From Lingula anatina (lineage: Eukaryota > Animalia > Brachiopoda), in the NCBI GenBank assembly GCA_051362555.1, contig CM120644.1:6704954-6768953 (forward strand): DNA of 64,000 nt, written 5' to 3'. Shown here piece by piece: positions 1 to 11,337 of this stretch. The stretch's first letter is position 1; the number at the start of each line of letters is the position of its first letter. Below the pieces are notes generated by a model. The model did not search any database and was not told the origin of the DNA. It worked only from the letters and a program-made list of their open reading frames with translations. Made by a program: the position numbers and the translations under genes.

Positions 1-641
1 TTTTCCCACATAGATTCCTTTTTTCACTATGACTTTGTTCTGAGATGAGATTTAGTTTGGTATCACCTACGACGTGAAAGAGCACAGTGTGACGATTTCA
101 GTTTAAGCAAGCCCCTGAAAAGAGGGAAACATTAAAAAACGTTCAAATGTGCTAAAGCTGGTGCGTTTTCCATTCAAGCAATTGCAACCATGTGAATTTT
201 GAGAAAGAGAACATATTTGGCGAACAATTCCGCCGACAGAACACTTTATTTTTCTGTCAATCCCCATTTTGCTGACAATCCCAGCGAGAAGACATCACTC
301 TGGGACGAAAGGGCAGTAGGACGTCCGTGGCGCCATGCCGAGTCAGCTATACTGACTCAATTCAAGTTTGATCTGTTGCGTAGCTGGTAAATTATAGTGA
401 TCAATGACCATCCCCGCCTAGGCATCATTTTAAGATCCTCTAAATGAAGAGTAAGGAAGTGTTATCGACGAGGCAGACATTTTGATAAGGACCAGCAAAA
501 GTTGTTGTCAAATCGATCTCTTATGCGAAACTATACCGGTTTTTAATGCAAAAGGTAATTTGCCGGGACCGAGGAGAGCGTGCATTCGTTTTCGCGCCTT
601 CCCGATCACGTGACCAGCTCGTATCCGAGGGGAAGGTTACA

Positions 642-753
642 TGCCTTATCTGGGATTCGAACTCGTGACTACTCGTGACTTGTTTCCCTGGTAGATGATT
701 GGTTTGCATCTTTTTTAACAGTCTTGCACGCTACCGATTGCGCCGTGAGTGAC
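642..753 (-). pseudogene. Degenerate tRNA-Asn(GTT)-like Pol III unit (tRNA pseudogene or SINE head), copy 1
   Basis: Minus strand has A-box/D-arm GGCGCAATCGGTAGCGT, anticodon-like GACTGTTAA, ~40 nt extra sequence, and B-box GAGTTCGAATCCC. Acceptor and T stems pair poorly. Confidence 0.55.
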
Positions 754-2178
754 CCGCCCACCCTCCGTGGGTACGAGTTTCCTCTTATAGTAACCAAAGC
801 AAAATTTTAAAAATGATTTCCTGCAACAAAAATGGAGGTGCACGTTCTAGTACTCGAACCTACGAATGTGTCCCTAGCTGCGTCCCAGTCATCGGAGTTA
901 CCACGGAACCGCGGAAGCTTCGTCGAAAAACTCGAGATCAAATGCAGACTTTCTGCCTTGTCATGAAGAGGGCCAGTTTGAATGCACATGCAAATGTCCG
1001 AAATTCCAATCTGTAGCCTTTGAGCCGTAAAAATGAATTTCATCCCGCACAACGATTTTCCCCGAAAATTGTATTATCATTGAACGTTGAAGTAGATGAT
1101 GTACACGACACCTTGGTTGAGAATCCAACACGGAGCGTTCCCACATAGATTCCTTTTTTCACTATGACTTTGTTCTGAGATGAGATTTAGTTTGGTATCA
1201 CCTACGACGTGAAAGAGCACAGAGTGACGATTTCAGTTTTAGCAAGCCCCTGAAAAGGGGGAAACATTAAAAAACGTTCAAATGTGCTAAAGCTGGTGCG
1301 TTTTCCATTCAAGCAATTGCAACCATGTGAATTTTGAGAAAGAGAACGTATTTGGCGAACACTTCCGCCGACAGAACACTTTATTTTTCTGCTTAACGCA
1401 GTTTACATGCGGTATGACGTGGTGCTAAAGCGGGAAAGCTACCGAAACAATATCAAGTTTGATCGCTTTTATTGATAAGACTGCCCGGAACGTAACTGGC
1501 CAGATGATTTCTGATGCTTTCATTTTCATCTTGGTTTGCAGTGAGATTACGTCTGACTTCACCTGTGAAGTTACCGAGCACGACGAGAGCTAAAGGGGTT
1601 CACACTTTGGCAGCTTTGGAATTGAGTAGTCTTTGACATTACTAATGGCCACTGTGGAGTTGCCCAGGGTACTGTAGGACAATATGAACAGTCTTCAGAT
1701 GCAAGGCCCTAAGAGGAGGGGATGGCCTTACAAAAAACAACAAAATGTAAGATTGAGAAAAGCAAAGGCGGTGACGTGACTTTCGAAAAAAAAAAATTAA
1801 TTATTTTGCTGACAATCCCAGCGAGAAGACAGCACTCTGAGATGAAAGGGCAGTATGACGTGCATGGCACCATGGCGGGTTAGCTATAATGAATCAATTC
1901 AAGTTTGATCCGTTGCGTAGCTGGTAAATTATAGTGATCAATGACCATCCCCGCCTAGGCATCATTTTAAGATCCTCTAAATGAAGAGTAAGGAAGTGTT
2001 ATCGACGAGGCAGACATTTTGATAAGGACCAGCAAAAGTTGTTGTCAAATCGATCTCTTATGCGAAACTATACCGGTTTTTAATGCAAAAGGTAATTTGC
2101 CGGGACCGACGAGAGCGTGCATTCGTTTTCGCGCCTTCCCGATCAAGTGACCAGCTTGTATCCGAGGGGAAGGTTACA

Positions 2179-2290
2179 TGCCTCATCCGGGATTCGAACT
2201 CGTGACTACTCGTGACTCGTTACCATGGTAGATGATTGGTTTGCATCTTTTTTAACAGCCTTGCACGCTACCGATTGCGCCGTGAGTGAC
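2179..2290 (-). pseudogene. Degenerate tRNA-Asn(GTT)-like Pol III unit, copy 2
   Basis: Minus strand reads GTCACTCACGGCGCAATCGGTAGCGTGCAAGGCTGTTAA...ACCATGG...GAGTTCGAATCCCGGATGAGGCA. The D-arm and GGCTGTTAA resemble metazoan tRNA-Asn. Confidence 0.55.
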
Positions 2291-3019
2291 CCGCCCACCC
2301 TCCGTGGGTACGAGTTTCCTCTTATAGTAACCAAAGAAAAAGTTTAGAAATGATTTCCTGCAACAAAAATGGAGGTGGACATTCTAGTACTCGAACCAGC
2401 GAATGTGTCCCTAGGTGCGTCCCAGTCATCGGAGTTACCGCGGAACCGCGGAAGCTTCGTTGGAAAACTCGAGATCAAATGCAAATTTTCTGCCTTGTCA
2501 TGAAGAGGGCCAGTTTGAATGCACATGTAAATGTCCGAAATTCCAATCGATAGCCCTTGAGCCATAAAAAATGAATTTCATCCCGCACAATGCTTTTCCC
2601 CGAACATTGTATTATCATTGAACGTTGAAGTAGATGATGCACACGACACCTTGGTTGAGAATCCAACACGGAGCGTTCCCACATAGATTCCTTTTTTCAC
2701 TATGACTTTCTTCTGAGATGAGATTTAGTTTGGTATCACCTACGACGTGAAAGAGCACAGAATGACGATTTCAGTTTTAGCAAGCCCCTGAAAAGAGGGA
2801 AACATTAAAAAACATTCAAATGTGCTAAAGCTGGTGTGTTTTCCATTCAAGCAATTGCAACCATGTGAATTTTGAGAAAGAGAACATATTTGGCGAACAC
2901 TTCCGCCGACAGAACACTTTATTTTTCTGTCAATCCCCATTTTGCTGACAATCCCAGCGAGAAGACAGCACTCTGAGATGAAAGGGCAGTCTTGAGAAGC
3001 AATGCCATCTACCTGGAAG

Positions 3020-3170
3020 TCTCCCATGACAGAGAGTCCGCTTCCCATTCATTTGTACAGGTGAGCCTCGCCCTAGATTTTGACCTACTTGGGTCAAACT
3101 AACCCTAACCATTATAACTATATGGAGGTCGGTCTCTCTGTCAGGCGGACCCTCAGTGTCGTGACACTGG
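3020..3170. mobile_element. Short putative non-autonomous Helitron/Helentron-like insert
   Basis: Inverted pair tgacagagagtccgcttcc / ggaggtcggtctctctgtca, an internal taaccctaacc, and a terminal hairpin cagtgtc-gt-gacactg. Absent at the equivalent position of the upstream repeat units. Confidence 0.4.
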
Positions 3171-3937
3171 GATAGCAATTGACTCAATTCAAGTTTGATC
3201 TATCAAGTTTGATCAATCAGCATATATTAAATACCCTGTCCTTTCCATTCTTTTCCATTTAGAATAATAAACACAATTCTTTAACAAATAAGCAACTGTC
3301 TATTCCAAGGTCCCTTTAACAAAATTAAAATGCAATCTTTGCATAAAATAATTTAAAATAAAAATCCATTTCCGGTATTAACTCAAATGCGATGCTTTAA
3401 AATCAACTTTCACTCAGCATTTCAAAGGAGCACTTTAATATGATATGGAAAATACGTGTTTAAACTTAAAGGTACACTGCACGAAATTGAATTTTCCCTA
3501 CAGTCAGTCTGATCTTGAAAAATCTGCACGTCCACATTTAAGACAGTAAGTACGATAAAAATCCGTAAATCTTTTTTTAAGCATACCTAGTGCCTGATAT
3601 GTCATCTAATTATTGTCAGGTACTTTGGCAGCTCGCAACGTGTGTATTATACACAACACAGGGCTGCAATTTAGCACTGCGCTATTTTCCTGTGGTATGA
3701 AGTGGAGGGAAGTGAAAACTAGGCCATGCCCGGGGAAGGTCTGAAAGATACCATTCTAAAGGAAGGGCCAATCATTTACAGCTAACTTATCAAATTACAA
3801 GTACGAGTCAAGCATGATTATGAGAAATTTGTTTTTTTTTTCTCAAAGAAATTCATTTTGGCTTGGAAATCCTGTATAGAGTGCCTCCGGATGAAAATAA
3901 ACTAACTTTAGGCCTATTGGAAAACATGGCATTCAAT

Positions 3938-6900
3938 TTACGCATTTCTACCCTCAACTTTCAATACTATTGGCTTTTCGGGTTTCATTGGTTTTGATGT
4001 AGAGAGAACCAGTGGGATTTGCGTCTCCGCGCATGTCTTCAAAGTGAAGTTCTGCAGGACCTTCACAAGGATAATCTTCATCTCGAGCAGGGCCAGACGC
4101 ATACCAATACAGTTGCGGGGGCCCATTCCGAAGGGCATGTACCAGTAAGGGTTCCGTTTTGCTTTGGCCTCCGGCGTGAATCGCTCTGGGTCGAATTTCT
4201 CCGGGTCTGGATACTTTTCAGGATCCATGTGGATAGCGTAGATCGGAATAATCACGCACGTCCCCTTGGGGATGAATAACCCGTTTACTGTGGTGTCTTG
4301 GTTCGGGACTCGATCCATGCGAAACCCTACGGGATACAGCCTCATTGCCTCGTTTAAGACCTGCTCTAGATAGGTCAACTTTGACACGTTGTCGTAGCTG
4401 GGTTCTGTGCCTTGAAGAACGTCATCAATCTCCTCGATGAGTCGTTGCTGGACGCCGGGGTGGGCCGCTAGGAGATATGTCGTAAACCCTAAGGTATCAC
4501 TTGCGGTGCCATGCCCTGCACTAAAGAATAACAACCCGTTACCGGCAATTTCCTCCGTCGTTAGAGATTTTTTCTTCCATTTTTGAACCTCCTTTTCGTC
4601 GTCCCCAACTTCGGTTGCTGACATGGTATGGGCGGTGAGCATCAACTGTAGAAAATCGTTGTAGTGTCCCTCTTGGGCATGTTCTCTCTCTTTCAGTAGC
4701 CCTTTTGTTTCGTTGCCAAAAAACAGGAAAGACATTAATACCCCACGGAATCCGGGAACGTAGCGTAGAATGTGTTGTAGTTTTTTCATCAATCGTGGAA
4801 AAAATAAAATGCCAAGCACTGCGGGATCTGTCACTTTAAAACTATTAGCACGTTCGGCATTTGTAACATACGGGTGGTTAGGGTTATTCAATGAGTCAAC
4901 CTCGATCCCAAAAGCTGTAGCACATATCACGTCCATCGTGTAGCAGCCCCAGACTGAGTTGTCAAAACTCTCTTTAGCTTCGGCTTTCTTCTTCAGGTTC
5001 TTGATCAGGGTGTTGGCGCACTTCAGAATCATTGCCTCCATGCGTCGCAGTTTTCCAGAACTGAATGTTGGAGTTAACGTGCTTCGCATCTAGAACGATA
5101 ACAGTAGGTTTTTGGGTTAGGTAAATTTCATTGATATTAAATCTGAGTAAAAAATTACTCTTTGAGTATAATATGCATGATTGTTTTGTTTGAAAAGTTA
5201 AGTCAAAACAATCATGCTCTATAGGCCTATTTTTTCTAATAGATACACAAATATCATAGCTACATATCTGTGTATGAAAAAAAACGTAAAAATGTTTGAT
5301 CTGTCTCATTTAGATAAAAAGCCATTCGAGTTTTAGCGACACCAAGTCATAAGATACACCTGTCATTTTTTCAGACGCCATTTTCAAAAATAATTCAAAA
5401 TGGCCCCACGTGTTTTTCATGATAACCCACTAAAGAAAAGAAACTTGAAGCTTGCTACATCGTCTTGCTACATCAACATTATAAGTTAATAAGCTAGGCA
5501 AGAAGACACTAAAATTTTTAATTTTAGGATTTCTCCACACAGAGTAATGTTTAAAGGGATAATAACTCTTCGTATGAGGTCTATATTTCACAATAAAAAC
5601 ATTGTGAATAACTCATAGAAATATATTCTGTTTTACGACAAAAACAGCAGTCAAAGCTATGTATTCTGATATCTGAGCTTGTCTTCAGACCACGTGACCT
5701 CCATTGATGGCTATACTCTGTTATAATCTCTTAACAGATTTTAACAAAAAACCAAACTTTAAAAAAAAAACAGGGACTAACTTTGAATGTAAAAATGCAT
5801 TCATTAACTATTTGTAAGTACGGGAAAATTGTTCTTTACTCCAGGAAAATTCATTTTTTGGCCAACACGAAGAGTTATTATCCCTTTAAGTGAAGTAGGC
5901 AAAGTGATAGAATTTTGGGACACTGTTGCGTTCAATATGGGAAATACGAATTGTATACACAGTGTATGCAGTAGAACTTGGCCTCCGTACATTGACTGAA
6001 TGGGGAACAAAAGGGAAAGATTGGTAACAAAAATCTGAAAGACTGGTTGAAAACCTCTGTCTTTGTTATTTTACATGACACATAATTCGTTTTCGTTAAT
6101 TCAATAACCAAGTTTGACCTTGAAGATTTTCTTTTTAAACCTGTCCTAGATTGTCAAAACATTGTCCATGAGGCAGAACTGTAGTGTATTCGTATTTATA
6201 CATGACTAACACATGATGTAATCTCGCGAGACGCGTTGTTGTTCAGCCATTAAACTAGATGAGAAATCCATGCTTGTTGTGGGTTATTATTTTCCCTGCC
6301 ATCCCTATGTTCAATGACGAACATAACAGCTGTTCTAAGGGTGCATTCCCAGAGATTTAGATCGATCCAGGGATTTAGATCGACCTAACTCCCTGGGGGT
6401 TCACGCTAAATTGCAGTCAGCCGAGCGCGCACCATAGTTAATTACCCCCTTACAGCTTTTTGTAGGCGGAACAGACGCTTAAGCCGGCTAAGCTGACAGT
6501 AATCTAATGAGACTCCCCACAGGGATAGATCGATCTAAAATCTATGGGAATGGGGTCTTAGAAATGTATCGTCACGGGTCAGTTCCAGTAGCAGTGTTCT
6601 TACATTGTAGTTGCGCAGCAGCATGGAATGTCAAAATGGGTAGAAACCTGATAAGCCTAGATACAGTAGTTGGAGTCCGGTGTGGCATGAATCGTTCGGA
6701 GCGTGAACCGTCCGTTCTGTTCATGCGCACAAAGCGCAGGCATGTACAGTCCGTCTCTATCGAGTCAGCAATACATTCTTAGACCCCATTCCCAGAGAGT
6801 AGATCGATCCAAACTAGATCGACCTAACTCCCTGGGGGTTAACGCTAAATAGCTGTCAGCCGATCGGGCACGAAAGTTAATTACCTCCTTACAGCTTGTA

Positions 6901-7986
6901 GAAGGCGGCATGGACATTTAAGCCGGATTACGTGACAGTAATCTAGTTAGACTTCCCACGGGGATAGATCGATCTAAAATCTATGGGAATACGCCCTTAG
7001 ACTTAATAAACATGCTCTGTTGAGAACATACTGTACATTCAAACATCATCCTGAGAAGTATTAATATCTTATAGTTGTTCATCTCTACTGCGATTTCCAT
7101 CAGGTGGCCAAATCAACACACTAGCCAGTCAAATCAATACATAAATACATGTACAGTAGGCCAACAACTGAATAACGGCGACCCGTCCACGGTAGGTTCA
7201 TCGATGCACCGAACTGTAATTTCTCGCCGATTCTCTATCAAAATTATCAATTAACACATGTATTTTACCTAGAAATACCCCCATTATAGTAAATATAATG
7301 AGGTAGGAAATGAACTAGCTGAATATAACAGCCCAGGTGAATAACAACGGCTCATACATGCGTCTGCTGCGTGTACCTGTATAATTGGTCAGGACGGTGG
7401 TTCACGCAGAACGGACCGTACACGTGACACCGGAGGCACGACAGATCCTCAACAAGTAGTGCCTCCTATTACTATTGTCGTCTGTAATCCCTTATATCAA
7501 ACGTCATTGATCGACCTTGCCGCGCGTGATAAAACTGTGTAAACAAAATGAGACGGCTACGGGTGAAAAAAGAGGATTTATTTGACTTGCCTGTTTCCAA
7601 TGTTCACCTCTCACTGAAAACACCGACTGATCGAATGGTGTCACAAGTGTGTCCGGATCTGCATTACGATCCGAGAAGATGCTTGCTTGTTTCACCATCA
7701 CCTCTTTTAACATTTCCGTGTCTGCGATCACAATGTCCCCTAAAAAGTGCCCAAAAACACCTGTAGACAGCGCGAACACCTTGCCGTACATCTTAATAAA
7801 ATGGCGATCTAAGTCACATAGGCCGTACTTGAACATGTCTATTATGTTCCCAAACACTGGCAATGGAGGTGGTCCTGGAAGGCCAAACTTCCGCCTGTTG
7901 TCCTTGCTGTAGTGTAGATAGATGATGGTCAGGACGGCCACAACCACCACGACAACTAACCAAGACGGTAGGATGAAGAAATCCAT
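3938..7986 (-). CDS. Cytochrome P450, clan 3 (CYP3A-like), paralogue 1; 2 exons, 515 aa
   Basis: Exon 1 7986-7591 (MDFFILPSW TM anchor, PGPPPLP hinge, ends GEHWKQ). GC-AG intron 7590-5090. Exon 2 5089-3938. Motifs: WxxxR across the junction, TPTFSSGKL, EAMR (ExxR), DPERF, PFGMGPRNCIG (haem Cys). Confidence 0.95.
6339..6557 (+). mobile_element. PIF/Harbinger (Tourist-like) MITE, subfamily A
   Basis: TIRs ttcccagagatttagatcgatc / gatcgatctaaaatctatgggaa, TAA and TTA flanks. Homologous to five other copies in the window. Confidence 0.8.
6782..6996 (+). mobile_element. PIF/Harbinger MITE, subfamily B
   Basis: Same core and TIRs; TTA target-site duplication on both sides. Confidence 0.85.
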
Positions 7987-8542
7987 GCTAACGAAGGCTG
8001 CACAGCAACTATGACCTACTCTGTATACGTGCAAATAAAACGGGACTGAAAATGGCGACCTTGTTGCGTGAAGGGAGATCGGTGACCAGTAAATTATAAC
8101 GGAGCTCAGCTGCGGTCATCCAGGGTCACCCGTTATCACTCTATTTACATATCGTCTCGACTTAATGTCCGCTGACTTTAGTCGATCACTCACGGTAGTT
8201 TGTTCAATTTGTCGCATTAACTGCGTGTCCCAAGCCACTCCGGAGCCCACCCAGGCGTCAAGCAGTGTCTTTGAATAGGCGCACAAGGTTATCAAAAGCA
8301 CAGGACTTTAAATGTCTGCGCATGAGTAGGAGCAGCAGCAGCGTCCCTAAGACTGTTTGAAAATGCACGCCTGGCTTCCGTGGCTGTCACCTTGATCTAA
8401 AAAACACGAAATACTACAGAAAATGACCGAAAATACCACGCTCGTGTACGAAAGGCAAATGCAAAACCCTGAACGAAATTGATGGAGTATTTTGAAGCCT
8501 AAACAAAGTGATTGCTAATAGTATGGCGTAATCTATCCTAAA

Positions 8543-10671
8543 GGATGAGTGCGAATAACCATTGGCAAAGTGCCCATCGTCATTTTTTTTTTAATTTGCT
8601 ATTATAAAGTTTATACATATATTGGTTGTGTGATAAAATATTATTTGGTTTGAGGCATCGTAACTTAGTATTTTAATGAGTTGTATGTGGGGGGGGGGGG
8701 GGGGGTAGCCGGATTTACCTGTTGTATGCAGGCTAATGAATCAGAGCAACTTGTTTCAGCATATATATTACATAAATGATATTTTTGTCTAATGAAACTT
8801 GTCTTGTGATGTAAAAGAGTTATATGTTAAATAATTGTGGTGTGGCACAAGTAAATGGGAAAGTAATTATGTTTTTTTTTTAATCCTAGAGAAGAGAGGG
8901 AGGGGTGGCATATTACGGTATTTTCTCACAGAAGCCATCACTGATTTCACTTAACTGTATAAAAGTCTTGTAACTAGAAAAACTTGTTGCAGTGTATTTA
9001 TTAATTTTATACAACTTTTCTCACAGACCAGCATTTGTTGGTCTAAATAATTGTATTTTTAACCAATACACACTTTGTACAAGGCTCTAAGGAATAGTAA
9101 AAAATGCTAAAAGCAAAAGGCTGTTACAGTAACAACAAAAAAAGCATGTGTAAAAGCACTCTAAACAGCTATTTGGAATGTTTCCATTAACAATAAAATA
9201 AACAAGGTTTAAATTGTACCAAAATAATAATAAGATATAACTAAAAACTAAATGAAAATATATAACACATAATAACAGTTATGGCCAATAATCTGTATGA
9301 CAATGAAATTAAATCACCTTAAAAGTACTTCATATATGATTATGTATGTGATAAAGAGCTTGTATAGAATGCAATGCAATAGTTATTTTATACAAAATAT
9401 ACAAATATGAGTATAAAAAATGTATAAAGAAACAAAAGATGATTAATCAGATGTGCTGTCCAAAACACTTTTTGTTTCATTTAATACTGTCACCACTTGA
9501 TGTTGGTAAATGTGAGGTATCCAAACAGCCTTCTCCACAACATAATTTTCGATTGTATCCCTGCCTCATAGCAAACCCCACATACCACAGGACTGAAGTG
9601 ATATGTGCACAACTTCCAACTGTCTTGGAACCAGCTTTACACTGTCAGTACCAGACACTGATGGGTCTAGTTTTGCTATGGGAGGTCTGAATCCATAAGG
9701 TGTACTGGTGGCAATAGATGTGTGCCTTAATTAACTATTTTGGCTCTGATTAAATCAGGTGCATCCTTGCATACACTGATATCAAACTGGCCATCTAGCA
9801 GATGCTCATCAGTATATTGGCTAGCTTCTTTTATCTGGTAAACTTCTGGTGGTCTCTTGTTTGGAATATTTACCAAGTCAATAGCTTTTCACAGATTTCC
9901 TTTTTTTTTTTTTTTTTGGTTAGCATTTTTTGGTTGTAATTGAAAATATTTTACTGACTCTAACCCCTATTTTTCTTTCAAAGACCTACATTTTATTTTG
10001 GGTTGTTCTTTTTGTACAAAAGTTTCACTGTATCTGCCTAGCCATCCTATGTAAGCATGTAGCAACTACCTCATGGCAGGAATAAACATGGCCGCCTGCT
10101 AGCATATGGACTGAAAATGTCCCTATTTAGTTTGAGTACATATCGAGCCCAACCCTCAGACAAGCTGATTTTCACATATATCTCACCTTATATTCATATC
10201 TTTTCAACCGTGAATAATTAGCTTGTCTGAGGCATTGGCTCATATAAAAAATGAACATCTTTTAACCTCAAGTCACGGTAAGATTTTTCTTTCAATCAGC
10301 ACTACATTTAAGAATAAAGCAATCAAAATATTGATCACAAGCAGTGATTGGCCACTTATTGCCTTTCTCTTTTACACTGGCAACTTCTGTACCCAATTAC
10401 AAAATTTCACAGTTGTCACGTTACTATAGCTAAAGATATGTAGCATTACAATTCAGCCCCACCCTAAAACACACATTTTTATGAATATTTGACAAGGTCA
10501 TTTTGCTATTAATTTTTTATATTTCAAATTCAATAAAAAATATTTTTTCATGTGGATCATATAAGTGTTAGACCCCAACTTTAATTTGGCATCAATTTTT
10601 TTTTCATTCATTCACAATTTATTTTTCATGTACAAAAGAGGGCACTTTTACCCCCTTATTCGCACTCATCC
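8543..10671 (-). mobile_element. Spy-like (PHIS group) non-autonomous DNA transposon, 2129 bp, no TSD
   Basis: TIRs GGATGAGTGCGAATAA / TTATTCGCACTCATCC, inserted exactly between AAA and TTT. The empty site cctAAATTTgagg is intact in paralogue 2 (18554-18559). Contains a transposase remnant. Confidence 0.85.
9560..9846 (-). pseudogene. Decayed C-terminal (SWIM-type zinc finger) fragment of a transposase
   Basis: Manual translation with two frameshifts and a stop: EVYQIKEASQYTDEHLLDGQFDISVCKDAPDLIRAKI / RHTS / YTLWIQ...VWY*QCKAGSKTVGSCAHITSVLWYVGFA (CxC..CxH pattern, first Cys mutated to TGA). Confidence 0.7.
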
Positions 10672-11323
10672 TTTGAGGTTCCGTGCTACAGTGTAGTGCA
10701 CCCGCACTTTTTTTAGTTAAGACAGCCCTGTTTATTTCCCTTTAGAAGAAAGATCTGCCACCAAATTTCCAGACTTGGGCATCTTTCCGACATCACGCGG
10801 TTTTTTTCTTCCGTTAAATGAGTAATTGCAAAACTCTGCGTTATTGCAACGCACAGTCGTGGATCGGTACGGTTCAGTTGTCAATTGCCAACTACTTCCT
10901 GGTTTTCACAAGGTCTTTCAAAGACTCTAAAACATCGTTATAATTGCAGCTCATACCAAAAAACACCCAGAAAATACTTAGATATGGGCATAACAGATTG
11001 CATACATGCATAAATTCCACATGACAACGAATAATAACCTCCCGGGAATTCTTTTCCCTTGACGCTCTTTGTCGCGCTAGCGGTTGATGCCGCATATATT
11101 TCAAAACAAATTGACTGCAAATTAAGCACGATTTTTCACCCTTAAAATCCGTGACACGATTTCATATCATGCTCCAATTATTTCTACAAGAATTCTCTGC
11201 CTATAGATGAATTGTTATCTTGTCGTTTTGTAAGAAAAAATGCTTTTTTCTCCGAGTCCACGTCTTTACTCCCGATCACCTCCAGCTAAAAAAGACCACT
11301 CAGCTTCGCGTCTTACACCACTA

Positions 11324-11337
11324 CACGTCACTTCCGG
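11324..11337. promoter_or_regulatory. ETS-CRE composite motif CACGTCACTTCCGG (second copy at 19207-19220)
   Basis: Exact overlapping ETS (CCGGAAGT) and CRE-half (TGACG) motif, retained in both duplicated intergenic segments. Function not shown. Confidence 0.3.

Larger units (their letters stand above)
1..2990. repeat. Tandem repeat of ~1.14-1.54 kb units (about 2.2 units visible, may continue left of the window)
   Basis: The block 'tcccacatagattcc...cacctacgacgtgaaagagcacag...gccgacagaacactttatttttct' recurs at ~4, ~1139 and ~2677 with near identity. Unit 2 has ~410 extra bases at ~1391-1803. Confidence 0.93.

Noticed and set aside
35-90. ctgagatgag...gaaa in the tandem repeat as a hammerhead ribozyme
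   Set aside because: Does not match the CUGANGA core, and I could not find the three flanking helices.
807-1146. Short ORFs recurring in the tandem repeat (MISCNKNGG..., MWERSVLD...)
   Set aside because: They recur only because the DNA is duplicated. Frames shift between copies and no domain is recognisable.
3938-5089. 383-aa ORFs (also 13046-14197 and 20688-21839) as standalone or N-truncated P450s
   Set aside because: The ATG is preceded by a TTCTAG acceptor and joins in phase to an upstream exon, giving complete 515-aa proteins.
9644-9648. In-frame TGA at a Cys position in the transposase remnant as selenocysteine
   Set aside because: The same fragment has frameshifts and other stops, so this is ordinary decay.
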